DNA from: Escherichia coli
Lineage (GTDB): Bacteria; Pseudomonadota; Gammaproteobacteria; Enterobacterales; Enterobacteriaceae
Length of the DNA: 64,000 nt
NCBI RefSeq assembly: GCF_024223415.1
Contig: NZ_CP100500.1
Direction: 5' to 3' (one strand)
A program made the position numbers and the translations under genes. Below are positions 17,886 to 28,320 of the stretch, one piece after another; the stretch's first letter is position 1; every line of letters begins with the position of its first letter. The notes under the pieces were generated by a model, which made no database searches, was not told where the DNA came from, and was given only the letters and a program-made list of their open reading frames with translations.

Positions 17886-18588
17886 GTATAATATGACTCG
17901 ACAATGTTATTTCAAAGTCTGAGTGATGATTTTTCTCTCAGGCAGTATGTTCCTCAATAAGGATGAGAATGTATTCTGTTCATTGGCATATGCATTTATA
18001 TTCTAATGAGCTGAATTTTATAAAGGTTGTGGCTATTCTGGAGTATAAATATTTTTTTTCATTAGACATGAAAGTCTATATGATGGTGTATTAATATTTT
18101 TAGCAATTATGAACGGTTTGTCATGAACCAGTGACCAATTCGTTATGGTGGTGTGCGGTTATATGGTACCTGCTTATGGTGTTATGTTTTTGTCACGTTT
18201 TTGCTGGGGGGTAACATATGTATTGTTTATTTTATATGGTTTATTAAAAAGCTATGAACTCTTTTCAGAGTAATCTCTCACAGTTTTTTTTAATGTTTTA
18301 AAGTTGGTAGTGGTTTGTTATTTTATTTAACTATGTGTTCTTGAAAAAGAACAATGTTTTAAGTGTTGGTTTTTTATCCTTATGATTTTTTAAATGAACT
18401 ATTCAACAATTTACGCTGTGCTGTCCTACAGTTAAAGAGCGTTAATGTAATATCAAATGTAATTATTACGGACAGGCTGAAATCTGGTTGTGTACATCAG
18501 TTGGTGCAAAAAGGCTTATCAAAGTACTGAAATAATAGTAAGTACAATAATAATGATGAATATTGCTACATGGAGATTGGATTTGCCC

Positions 18589-19494
18589 CTATATTTCCAG
18601 ACACCTGTTATCACTTAACCCATTACTGGCTTGCTGCCGTAGATATTCCCGTGGCGAGCGATAACCCAGTGCACTATGCGGATGCCATTCGTTATAATGC
18701 TCGAACGCCTCTGCAAGGTTCTTTGCTGCCGTTAACCCGTCTGGTTTGGGCATGACACTGATGTAGTCACGCTTTATCGTTTTCACGAAGCTCTCTGCTA
18801 TGCCGTTACTCTCCGGACTCCGCACCGCCGTGCTCTTCGGTTCAAGCCCCAACATCCGGGCAAACTGCCGTGTTTCATTAGCCCGGTAGCATGAACCATT
18901 ATCCGTCAGCCACTCTACTGGAGACGCCGGAAGCTCGTTGCCGAAGCGGCGTTCCACCGCTCCTGGCATGACGTCCTGTACTGTTTCACTGTTGAAGCCG
19001 CCCGTAGTGACCGCCCAGTGCAGTGCCTCACGGTCACAGCAGTCCAGCGCGAACGTGACTCGCAGTTTTTCTCCGTTATCACAGCGGAACTCGAACCCGT
19101 CAGAGCACCATCGCTGATTACTTTCTTTCACAGCCACTCTGCCTGTATGTGCCCGTTTCGATGGCGGTACAGCAGGTTTTCGCTCAAGCAACAGCGCATT
19201 CTGGCGCATGATCCGGTAAACACGTTTGGCATTGATCGCAGGCATACCATCAAGTTCGGCCTGTCTGCGAAGCAGCGCCCATACCCGACGATAACCATAC
19301 GTGGGCAGCTCTCCGATAACATGGTGTATACGGAGAAGCACATCCGTATCATCAGTGTGACGACTGCGGCGGCCATCCATCCAGTCATCGGTTCGTCTGA
19401 GAATGACGTGCAACTGCGCACGCGACACCCGGAGACAACGGCTGACTAAGCTTACTCCCCATCCCCGGGCAATAAGGGCGCGTGCGCTATCCAC
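18589..19494 (-). CDS. insD: IS2 transposase ORFB (InsD)
   Basis: 301 aa DDE transposase, IS3 family. Confidence 0.9.
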   Translation of the reverse strand: MDSARALIARGWGVSLVSRCLRVSRAQLHVILRRTDDWMDGRRSRHTDDTDVLLRIHHVIGELPTYGYRRVWALLRRQAELDGMPAINAKRVYRIMRQNALLLERKPAVPPSKRAHTGRVAVKESNQRWCSDGFEFRCDNGEKLRVTFALDCCDREALHWAVTTGGFNSETVQDVMPGAVERRFGNELPASPVEWLTDNGSCYRANETRQFARMLGLEPKSTAVRSPESNGIAESFVKTIKRDYISVMPKPDGLTAAKNLAEAFEHYNEWHPHSALGYRSPREYLRQQASNGLSDNRCLEI

Positions 19495-19817
19495 TTTTTT
19501 GCCCGTCCATATTCAACGGCTTCTTTGAGGAGTTCATTTTCCATCGTTTTCTTGCCGAGCAGGCGCTGGAGTTCTTTAATCTGCTTCATGGCGGCAGCAA
19601 GTTCAGAGGCAGGAACAACCTGTTCTCCGGCGGCGACAGCAGTAAGACTTCCTTCCTGGTATTGCTTACGCCAGAGAAATAACTGGCTGGCTGCTACACC
19701 ATGTTGCCGGGCAACGAGGGAGACCGTCATCCCCGGTTCAAAGCTCTGCTGAACAATTGCGATCTTTTCCTGTGTGGTAAGCCGTCTGCGTTTCTCCGGT
19801 CCTAAGACATCAATCAT
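19452..19817 (-). CDS. insC: IS2 ORFA (InsC)
   Basis: track ORF trimmed to [12 protein letters not shown] start; 121 aa HTH protein. Confidence 0.85.
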   Translation of the reverse strand: MIDVLGPEKRRRLTTQEKIAIVQQSFEPGMTVSLVARQHGVAASQLFLWRKQYQEGSLTAVAAGEQVVPASELAAAMKQIKELQRLLGKKTMENELLKEAVEYGRAKKWIAHAPLLPGDGE

Positions 19818-20030
19818 CTGCTCTCCAATGACTAGTCTAAAAACTAGTATTAAGACTATCACTTAAATAAGTGATACTGGTTGTCTGGAGATTCAGGGGG
19901 CCAGTCTAGAGATATAAAGAGCGTCTAGCTCCGGATATATCTTTGACACTACGACAGTACTTGCAAAACGGGGTTGGTAATGCTGCCAACTTACTGATTT
20001 AGTGTATGATGGTGATTTTAAGGTGCTTGC

Positions 20031-20306
20031 GTGGCTTCCATTTCCATCAGATGTCCTTCCTGCTCCGCTACTGAAGGCGTGGTGCGTAACGGCAAAAGCA
20101 CTGCCGGACATCAGCGCTATCTCTGCTCTCATTGCCGTAAAACATGGCAACTACAGTTCACTTACACCGCCTCTCAGCCCGGTACGCACCAGAAAATCAT
20201 TGATATGGCCATGAATGGCGTCGGATGTCGCGCCAGTGCACGCATTATGGGCGTTGGCCTCAACACGGTTTTACGTCACTTAAAAAACTCAGGCCGCAGT
20301 CGGTAA
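20031..20306 (+). CDS. insA: IS1 InsA
   Basis: 91 aa, GTG start, CPSC...CSHC zinc finger. Confidence 0.9.
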   Translation: MASISIRCPSCSATEGVVRNGKSTAGHQRYLCSHCRKTWQLQFTYTASQPGTHQKIIDMAMNGVGCRASARIMGVGLNTVLRHLKNSGRSR

Positions 20307-20728
20307 CCTCGCGCATACAACCGGGCAGTGATGTGATTGTCTGCGCTGAAATGGACGAACAGTGGGGCTACGTCGGTGCTAAATCACGTCAGCGCTGGCT
20401 GTTTTACGCGTATGACAGGATACGGAGGACGGTTATGGCGCACGTATTCGGTGAACGCACTCTGGCCACACTGGAGCGTCTTCTGAGCCTGCTGTCGGCC
20501 TTTGACGTGGTGATATGGATGACGGATGGCTGGCCACTGTATGAATCCCGCCTGAAGGGAAAGCTGCACGTAATCAGCAAGCGATATACGCAGCGAATTG
20601 AGCGGCATAACCTGAATCTGAGGCAGCACCTGGCACGGCTGGGACGGAAGTCGCTGTCGTTCTCAAAATCGGTGGAGCTGCATGACAAAGTCATCGGGCA
20701 TTATCTGAACATAAAACACTATCAATAA
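20225..20728 (+). CDS. insB: IS1 InsB (expressed as InsAB' by frameshift)
   Basis: 167 aa; matches IS1 InsB. Confidence 0.9.
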   Translation: MSRQCTHYGRWPQHGFTSLKKLRPQSVTSRIQPGSDVIVCAEMDEQWGYVGAKSRQRWLFYAYDRIRRTVMAHVFGERTLATLERLLSLLSAFDVVIWMTDGWPLYESRLKGKLHVISKRYTQRIERHNLNLRQHLARLGRKSLSFSKSVELHDKVIGHYLNIKHYQ

Positions 20729-20745
20729 GTTGGAGTCATTACCAG

Positions 20746-21432
20746 GAACGAGTACAGGAAAAATTCAGTTCTTTTTTAATTGCCTTTAAAGATGGTGTCA
20801 TCGGAGGGATACTGTCAGGTATTACCACAACGCTGTTAAATATATTCCTGACGACGGAAAGAATGATTGTCCGGCTTATCAGGGAAATGTGGAACAACCT
20901 CGTTCAGGCCTTTAAAGTCCTGGTATTTAACCCGGAGGGATTATCGCCGGGGCAGTTAGCCAAAGCGGTCACTAAACTGATAGCAGCAGGTGTGGCTGTT
21001 GCCGGTGGGGTGATGATAAATGAGGCGATGGCGCAGATCCTTATTTTTCCATTTGGTTCAGAGCTTGCTGCCTTTTGTGGTGCGCTGACGACAGGTATTC
21101 TCGGGCTGGTGATGAATTATTATCTCGAATATAGCGAGGTTATGCAGCGGGTATGGGCATTTCTGGACAAATTTAAGGACAAATTCCAGCGGTCACTGGA
21201 ATACTTTCAGGCAGTCAATGCTGAACTTGATCGCTATCTTGTGGAACTTACTGCACTGGAATTTTCTGTTGATGCTGCCGCGTTAAATCATTTTTCACTT
21301 CATCTGGATAGCGTAAACAGTGAGATAGAGCGCGGACTTCTGCTGAGAGAAGAAGTCAGCCGACGAGGGATTGCGTTGCCGTTTGAGTCAGGAAATGTGG
21401 CTTCTGTTCGTGACTGGTTAAATAAGCGATGA
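20746..21432 (+). pseudogene. 5'-truncated ORF of unknown protein, interrupted by IS1
   Basis: reading frame is open from inside the IS1 right end through to the stop at 21432; first ATG only at 20863. Confidence 0.4.
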
Positions 21433-21695
21433 AATTACACCCTCCATTTCCCTGTAACCAGTGTGGGGCCTGTTGTCGTCATGTCAACAGGGCGGGTGAA
21501 ACGCAATGTCTGGATCGTGGTGACGGTATTTGCCGTCACTATCAGACTGATTCTCATTTGTGTGCAATTTATGATAAACGCCCACAGATTTGCCGGGTTG
21601 AAGACCAGTATTTACTGAATTATCAGTCTCAGTACAGCTGGCAGGAGTTTATTGCATTAAACCAGGCCGCCTGCCTTATTCTGAATAAACTGTAA
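21429..21695 (+). CDS. YkgJ-family cysteine-cluster (CxxCxxCC) protein
   Basis: CNQCGACC ... C..C ... C motif. Confidence 0.65.
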   Translation: MKLHPPFPCNQCGACCRHVNRAGETQCLDRGDGICRHYQTDSHLCAIYDKRPQICRVEDQYLLNYQSQYSWQEFIALNQAACLILNKL

Positions 21696-21834
21696 TGCCA
21701 TTAATGGCGGCGTCAGGACAGAAACTGAGAGAACATAAAACAGTAAAATGTCATTCCGTTCAGCAGCCAGCGTTGCTTTCTCCGGCTGCTGTTATTGTAA
21801 GGCATTTTCGTTAAGAACGCAGAAGGAGAGGATC

Positions 21835-22032
21835 GTGAGATTGCTGTTAAAAGGGCTCGTCGGAATGGCGCTGGTCTGGCTTGTTATTGGTTTCGGGATG
21901 GAGTTATTTTTTCTCGCCGATCGGGTTCATCCGGCATTAAGAGTAATCGTTGGCCTGGGGATGTTATTCCTGATGATAATGATTGCGGGTGGTATGTGCG
22001 GTTCTCTTCTGTCACGAAAGAAAACATCATGA
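21835..22032 (+). CDS. small inner-membrane protein (65 aa)
   Basis: track ORF 21748..22032 trimmed to GTG with GAAGGAGAGG RBS; two hydrophobic helices. Confidence 0.4.
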   Translation: MRLLLKGLVGMALVWLVIGFGMELFFLADRVHPALRVIVGLGMLFLMIMIAGGMCGSLLSRKKTS

Positions 22033-22166
22033 CGTTCCTGTTTACGCCGTTACATTTGTGGCGGCGGATGATACCTGTTTTATGATTATTCAGAAAAATG
22101 TATTTACCTGTCACGGCATGTTCAGCGAGCGGCGCCGGACAGAAATATCGCTTTTACTCAATTATT

Positions 22167-23771
22167 ATGAAAATTAATCTTCCATTCATACACTGGCCAC
22201 GGATTAGCAATGATAAGCGCCTCGTGTTATCAGTGGTTGTCTTTATCCTTTTTAATCTCCTTGTATCCTCAGGAGCGCATCTGATTTACCGGATATTATT
22301 CTTTATCCTGGCGCTTCTTATTATTAAGGCAATGAAATCGCTTACGTTGCGTTTGATTCTTGCCTTCCCGTTCACATTACTGACTGCTGCAGATATCAGT
22401 ATCAGCCTGTATTCATGGTGTACATTTGGCACAACATTTAATGATGGTTTTGCAATCAGTATCCTTCAGACAGATCCTGATGAAGTAATAAGAATGTTCA
22501 GGATGTATGTTGTTTATGTTATCGCATTTATTATCCTCTTTTTATTGTTCTTCTGTTCAGCAATAAATAAAACGTCCTCATTGCCATCGGAAAAGGTCAC
22601 GGTAATTACATTTTTATTGTTAATTACAGTAACGTTATATTCTTCCTTCCAGTTTGCGTTGAAGAAACAGTATCAAATAAATGAAGTTGATCCTTACATA
22701 GTCGCTTCCCGGTTTGCCACATATACCTCTTTCTTTAATCTGAACTATTTTGCACTGGCCGCAAAGGAGCATCAGAGATTAATGACGATTGCTGATACCA
22801 TACCTCACTACGATCTGGTGATTACGGATAACAACACTGACGTATTTGTTCTGGTGATTGGTGAATCTGCAAGGACTGATAACATGTCCATTTACGGGTA
22901 TTCGCGCCCTACCACACCAGAGCTTCAGAAACAGAAATCACGACTGAAACTGTTCACTCAGGCAATCAGCGGGGCACCTTATACCGCTCTTGCGGTACCG
23001 CTGGCATTATCTGCTGATACCGTGCTGCATCATGATGTTCGCCGTTACCCCGATAATATTATCAACATGGCGAATCAGGCGGGGTTCGATACCTGGTGGC
23101 TCAGTGCGCAGTCCGCTTTCCGACAGAACGGAACGGCTGTGGCCAGTATCGCCATGCGGGCCAGAAACAGAATTTATGTCAGAGGCTATGATGAATTACT
23201 GCTCCCACACCTGGCTGAAGCACTGAACAGTAATCCGGGGAGCAGGAAACTGATTGTTCTGCATCTGACGGGCAGCCATGAGCCAGTCTGCAGTAACTGG
23301 CCCAGAGATAAAGCCGTGTTTAAACCGCTGGATACAGAAGAAGTCTGCTACGATAATTCCATTCATTATACCGACAGTTTGTTGGGACAGGTTTTCACCA
23401 TGCTGGAAACGCGTCAGGCATCCGTCATGTATTTTTCAGATCATGGCCTGGAGTATGACCCGACAAAAGAGCATGCCTATTTTCATGGCGGAATAAAACC
23501 CAGCCAGCAGGCTTATCATGTTCCGATGTTTATCTGGTACAGCCCGGCACTGGGAGAGCATGTCGATCGCCAGACGGTGAACAGCGTTTTTTCCACTGCG
23601 TATAATGATTATCTGATTAATGCATGGATGGGCGTAACCAGACCGGCTCAACCGAAAACGCCGGAGGAGGTGATTACCCGCTGGCAGGGGAAATCCGTGG
23701 TTTTTGATGCCAGTCATAACGTGTTTGATTACAAAGTATTACGAAAGAACTTTAATGAACTCCAGGAATAA
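22167..23771 (+). CDS. phosphoethanolamine transferase-like membrane protein (EptA/OpgE-type sulfatase domain)
   Basis: about 5 N-terminal TM helices plus sulfatase-like domain (VIGESARTDNMSIYGYSRPTTP, LHLTGSHEP); start chosen at MKINLPF, alternative 22098. Confidence 0.7.
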   Translation: MKINLPFIHWPRISNDKRLVLSVVVFILFNLLVSSGAHLIYRILFFILALLIIKAMKSLTLRLILAFPFTLLTAADISISLYSWCTFGTTFNDGFAISILQTDPDEVIRMFRMYVVYVIAFIILFLLFFCSAINKTSSLPSEKVTVITFLLLITVTLYSSFQFALKKQYQINEVDPYIVASRFATYTSFFNLNYFALAAKEHQRLMTIADTIPHYDLVITDNNTDVFVLVIGESARTDNMSIYGYSRPTTPELQKQKSRLKLFTQAISGAPYTALAVPLALSADTVLHHDVRRYPDNIINMANQAGFDTWWLSAQSAFRQNGTAVASIAMRARNRIYVRGYDELLLPHLAEALNSNPGSRKLIVLHLTGSHEPVCSNWPRDKAVFKPLDTEEVCYDNSIHYTDSLLGQVFTMLETRQASVMYFSDHGLEYDPTKEHAYFHGGIKPSQQAYHVPMFIWYSPALGEHVDRQTVNSVFSTAYNDYLINAWMGVTRPAQPKTPEEVITRWQGKSVVFDASHNVFDYKVLRKNFNELQE

Positions 23772-23867
23772 TTCATTAAAGTAATTTACTTCGCTATCCT
23801 TTTTCCAGTTACTCACAAAGAAAAATATTCAGAAAATAATTCCCGGGTTGGCAGCCCGGGATGATTA

Positions 23868-24143
23868 CTATTTTAATGGATTGTTAATCTTTGCATATTC
23901 AAACGGGCTGATACATTGTTCTCTGTTCGCATCCAGAAAATCTGCCCACCACTGTAGCATCAGTCGACGTTCTTCCAGATGTTCTGCTTTATGGATATAC
24001 GCAGCACGTACACCATTACGCTCCTGATGACTCATCTGACGTTCCACTGCATCGCGGGACCACAAACCTGATTTAATCAATGCACTGCACGCCATCGCCC
24101 GGAATCCATGGCCACAGACCTCTTCCTGCGTATTGTATCTCAT
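23868..24143 (-). pseudogene. 3' remnant of a P4-family tyrosine integrase (C-terminal ~90 aa only)
   Basis: GHGFR...RAAYIH...MLQWWADFLD aligns with the C-terminus of the intact integrase at 27068..28252; 5' two-thirds absent. Confidence 0.75.
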
Positions 24144-24451
24144 CAGTCTCAGTGCGTTATTGACCGTATTTTAACTAACGAGCTTGTGCCTGATTACCAA
24201 TAATTATCAGTTCATATTTTATGCAGACTTGTGCCAATCACTTGTTTTGAAAGAGGTTCTAAGATTCGTTGCATGCATTCTTGACCCTCAATGGTAATGT
24301 CTCGTTAAATATGATAGATATTAGCCGTAATTTTATTTTAGCGGGGTCGGTAAATTGGGGTGGAATTAGTCGATAAAAATATTAGAATACACTATTTTGC
24401 AGGCAAAATAGTGATATGATACATTTTTGTGTAAATTTATAAGGAGATAAG

Positions 24452-25375
24452 ATGGATAAGTTAAGGGCGCTAATTAGCCGAGCATCTAAGCTTTATAACA
24501 GGAATATAGATCATCTTCCAATAACTTTAGAACTAATCGAGTATTCAATGGGGCTTTTGGATAAGAAAGCAAGTTACGGTTATTTTGGTTCATTTGAAGG
24601 GAAAAAAGAAATAGACTACTATGCATTCTTTAGTAATAACGAGATCTCAAGACCTATTAGAGATGATTTATATATCAGAGATGTAAGTATCTATAAGAAA
24701 TTAAGTGACAACTTGTTTGTCGATTTAAAACAGTTCCGTTCTGTCTGGAGTTCAGATAAATCAATAGTAGCAAATAAAATTATATATACATCAGTTATGT
24801 CAGTTGCCTGCGCTTTTGATTTGTGGAAGAAAGGTAGTAGAAAAACACCTGGTACATTTTTTGAGATTTATATTGCTGCTCTATTGAAAGTAATGCTTCC
24901 GAATGAAGTTTTTTCAAAGCATATCCCATTGATTGATTCGATGAAAAATGATGAGGGGCTTAGAGATTCGGCGAATATTTCTACTGATCTGGTAATAAAA
25001 AGCCGCGCAAATGTTAATCGCGGAGTAGTTATCCCATTAAAAATAACAACAAGAGAGCGTATTGTTCAGCCATTTGCTCATCAACGAATTCTGGATTCAT
25101 ATTTTGGGAATGGTTTTTTTCATTCTTTCTTGGCATGCATTAGTGAAACTCAACAAGATAAGTTTAATCGAGAAGTAAACCATATATGTGTTCCTGGAAC
25201 AATACGATTGTATCAGAAATATTTATCAAGTATTGCGGGAATATATTATTGTGATATTCCAGAGAGATATTTACAAGCTGATTTGACCAGTATAATACCG
25301 GTCAAATCAATGGGGGAGTTTTTGTCAGATATAAATGATTTTTTTATGGAAATAGCTGAATCTGATCCTCATTAG
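24452..25375 (+). CDS. unknown 307-aa protein convergent with the C5-methyltransferase; putative Type II restriction endonuclease
   Basis: strong RBS (TAAGGAGATAAG); very AT-rich; 3' end overlaps the MTase 3' end by 32 bp; no nuclease motif recognised by eye. Confidence 0.45.
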   Translation: MDKLRALISRASKLYNRNIDHLPITLELIEYSMGLLDKKASYGYFGSFEGKKEIDYYAFFSNNEISRPIRDDLYIRDVSIYKKLSDNLFVDLKQFRSVWSSDKSIVANKIIYTSVMSVACAFDLWKKGSRKTPGTFFEIYIAALLKVMLPNEVFSKHIPLIDSMKNDEGLRDSANISTDLVIKSRANVNRGVVIPLKITTRERIVQPFAHQRILDSYFGNGFFHSFLACISETQQDKFNREVNHICVPGTIRLYQKYLSSIAGIYYCDIPERYLQADLTSIIPVKSMGEFLSDINDFFMEIAESDPH

Positions 25376-26468
25376 TCTTCTCAACAGGGTTTTGATAGTT
25401 GCTTTTTTCATAATTTTGTTTATTAAGACATTTAATAATTGCTGTTCCTGCCGCTTTAGCTACTGGCGGCGGAACAGCATTCCCAATTTGTAATCTTATG
25501 GCATCTCTTTTACCATAAAACCGATAGTCAACAGGGAATCCTTGTAACATTGCACCCTCTCTAAGAGTTATAGCTCTGTTCTGAGAAGGATGTCCATATC
25601 TGCCTCTGGTGAAGCTATCAAATCCCGCAGTAATTGTTGGACATTGTTTATCCCATTCAAGCCTCCCGTACACGTCAGGCCATCCGCCGGAGTTAGTATC
25701 AACATTTTGATGGCATTTTAGTCTCAAATCATGCGGAATATCCTTCCACCCCCCTCCGGGGGGAACATAAGAGAACCTTTCTTCATTAAGTTTAGTTATT
25801 TTACACTTAATATGATTAGGTATCTCGCAATGTTCACTATAATCGTCAGGAGGGGGAGGAAGATTACCAATAACATCTTTGATAGTAAGTTCGTTATCAA
25901 CTTTCTCCAGTTTAGGATAATCGCAGTTCTCAGATTTATCTATTCCGATCATAATAAAGCGCCCTCTCTTCTGGGCAACGCCAAAATCTGAAGAGCAAAT
26001 GAAAAAAGTGAATATGTTATATTTAAATAATTTCTCTTTTACTTCTCTTATTAAATCCTGTCCTCTCTTTTGTCCAAAAATTTCGACATTTTCAAACAGA
26101 AAAGCCCGGGGGTTTAGCTCATTTACCAGTCTGGAATATTCCAGTACTAACTTATTTCTTTCATCATTTAACAGATGAGCTCCTTTTCTTTGTTTGGAAA
26201 AGCCCTGACATGGCGGCCCGCCGCTAAAAAGATCCAGTCGGGAGTTTATTCCCGCTTTGTCTAAAAGAAACTTACCGCTAATAACCGAAGCATCTAATTG
26301 AAGACAATGCCCTCCAAGATTATTATTATATGTTTTCACGGCATCCTCATTGATATCAAATGCTAATTTGATATCGAACCCCGCTTGCTTAAGCCCAAGG
26401 GACATTCCTCCAGCACCACAGAAGCCTTCAATGCATGTAAGTTTTTGAACAGTATCAGCTTTACTCAT
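25344..26468 (-). CDS. DNA cytosine-5 methyltransferase
   Basis: motif I FCGAGG, motif IV PPCQGFS, motif VI ENV, motif VIII QKRGRF, motif X GNAVPPP. Confidence 0.9.
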   Translation of the reverse strand: MSKADTVQKLTCIEGFCGAGGMSLGLKQAGFDIKLAFDINEDAVKTYNNNLGGHCLQLDASVISGKFLLDKAGINSRLDLFSGGPPCQGFSKQRKGAHLLNDERNKLVLEYSRLVNELNPRAFLFENVEIFGQKRGQDLIREVKEKLFKYNIFTFFICSSDFGVAQKRGRFIMIGIDKSENCDYPKLEKVDNELTIKDVIGNLPPPPDDYSEHCEIPNHIKCKITKLNEERFSYVPPGGGWKDIPHDLRLKCHQNVDTNSGGWPDVYGRLEWDKQCPTITAGFDSFTRGRYGHPSQNRAITLREGAMLQGFPVDYRFYGKRDAIRLQIGNAVPPPVAKAAGTAIIKCLNKQNYEKSNYQNPVEKTNEDQIQLFP

Positions 26469-27067
26469 GTTAACTCACTTAATGCTCATTAATCTTCCTA
26501 GTATAACGATATTTATCAAACAAAACCATAGCTACATTTTAAACTAAAAGTAGCTAATAAGAACGATTGAATGACTTAATTTATATAAATAAGATATCCA
26601 GTATTGATACATCATGTGTTCAGCATGATGTATGTGCAACTGAAGCATCATTCGAAGTTTTCCTCAATATTCATATTCTGCATATATGCTATTCCAGATA
26701 ACTGGCCTGCCATTCGATATTATGACGAAGCCTGATTATGCTAATGCATCATACGCTATAACCCGGTATTTATGGCCACAGATATTTTGGATTGTGTCAT
26801 CTCCTGTAACCTTAAGGGGGGGATTGACGGTGTTTTATCTGCTTGCCCTGTGAGTACATGCATTTCCATAACATTCAGGCTATTTTCACCTACCGGAATC
26901 TGAAGTTCAGTCAGTATGCCTGCAACCTGTTTATGGTGTTGAACAGGGTTCAATAGCAGAATTTGGGCTTCTGGAGTGAGTTCAGAATGTGTTGGTAAAT
27001 CAAGCCACAATAAAACCGTTCAGTGGTCTGACTGGATGGCTCGTTATTATATCCACAGAGCTCTCAT

Positions 27068-28252
27068 TTATAGTGCGCACCTGGAGAGCGAATCAATGTA
27101 ATCTGCGTACCATTGCATCATTTCACGACGACCATCCAGGTACTGCGCATGGTTATAGGTACCCCTGATGGAATTTTTATCCACATGAGCTAACTGCATT
27201 TCAATCCAGGCAGAATTAAAGCCCTGTTCGTGCAGAATGGTACTCATGGTGTGACGAAAACCATGACCGGTTGCCCTGCCATCGTAACCGATACGTTTGA
27301 GCACCATATTGATGCTGGCTTCGCTCATTGGCTTGTTGATATCACAACGTCCCGGAAAAACCAGCCGGTATTGCCCGGAGAAAGTTTTGAGCTGCAGCAG
27401 AATGTCAGTGGCCTGTCGTGACAGTGGTACGACATGTTTACGTCGCATTTTCATGCGGCTTTCAGGGATTGTCCACAGGGCATTATCAAAATCAATTTCT
27501 GACCATTCAGCGAACCGTAGCTCAATGGTTCTGAGACCTGTCAGAAGCAGAAGATTTGTCGCCATGCGGGTAACAGGACTGCCATGATATTCAGCGAGCT
27601 TCCGGATAAAAGCTGGGAGCTCATCTGCTCTCAGGTGAGGGAAATGCGCCGCTTTTGGTGCCGCCAGTGTACTGGTCAGTTCAGATGCCGGATTGACAGT
27701 GGCTCGTCCGGTGGCGATGGCATAACGAAAAATCTGATTACAGTATTGGCGTACCTTACGAAGTTTCTCCAGCGAGCCACGTTTTTCTATGCGGCGCAGA
27801 ATTTCCAGCATTTCCAGCGGGAGGATATCAGTAACGCTTCGTTTGCCCAGATACGGAAAAATATCTTTATCCAGAGCCTCCAGTACGCTTCTGGCGTAAC
27901 TTTCAGACCATGACAAAGATTTATGCTGGTGCCATTCCGTAGCGAGGGCATGGAACGTATTGGTGGCAGAGATTTTCTGAGTGAGTTTTTCCTTTCGCTT
28001 CTTTTCGCCCGGGTCACCACCTTCGGAGATGATTTTTCGGGCATCGTCGCGTTTGATTCTGGCCTCAGCAAGGGAGACGTCGGGATAGACGCCGAGGGCC
28101 AGTTTTTTCTCTTTTCCTGCTATCCGGTATTTAAGCCGCCAGTAGCGGGCTCCCGTGGTTTTTACCAGCAGATATAAACCACGTTCGTCAGAGAGTTTAT
28201 AGTCTTTTTCTTTAGGTCTGGCTGTTTCGACCTGTCTGGCTGTAAGTGCCAT
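27068..28252 (-). CDS. P4-family tyrosine integrase (site-specific recombinase)
   Basis: 394 aa from MALTARQVETA; C-terminal HGFRHT...Y catalytic region; adjacent to tRNA-Phe 3' end. Confidence 0.9.
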   Translation of the reverse strand: MALTARQVETARPKEKDYKLSDERGLYLLVKTTGARYWRLKYRIAGKEKKLALGVYPDVSLAEARIKRDDARKIISEGGDPGEKKRKEKLTQKISATNTFHALATEWHQHKSLSWSESYARSVLEALDKDIFPYLGKRSVTDILPLEMLEILRRIEKRGSLEKLRKVRQYCNQIFRYAIATGRATVNPASELTSTLAAPKAAHFPHLRADELPAFIRKLAEYHGSPVTRMATNLLLLTGLRTIELRFAEWSEIDFDNALWTIPESRMKMRRKHVVPLSRQATDILLQLKTFSGQYRLVFPGRCDINKPMSEASINMVLKRIGYDGRATGHGFRHTMSTILHEQGFNSAWIEMQLAHVDKNSIRGTYNHAQYLDGRREMMQWYADYIDSLSRCAL

Positions 28253-28320
28253 ATGGGGGCTCCTGAAACTGACTGAACACAATGAGCCCCCACCGGTGCC
28301 CCCAATGAACGCTTGATTGA

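Larger units (their letters stand above)
18578..19908 (-). mobile_element. IS2 (IS3 family), complete copy with 5-bp target duplication
   Basis: 1331 bp; terminal sequences match IS2 ends as recalled (TGGATTTGCCCC... and ...GGGGGCCAGTCTA); flanking direct repeat GAGAT on both sides. Confidence 0.9.
19976..20743 (+). mobile_element. IS1 (768 bp), no target-site duplication
   Basis: ends match IS1 (GGTAATGCTGCCAACTTACTGAT ... TGGAGTCATTACC); flanking 9-mers differ (AACGGGGTT vs AGGAACGAG). Confidence 0.9.

Noticed and set aside
26756-27010. 84-aa minus-strand ORF between the C5-methyltransferase and the integrase
   Set aside because: No RBS, no HTH or other motif (so no support as a controller protein); lies in an AT-rich promoter-like region. 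Kept out of the feature list but worth re-checking if the module is studied.
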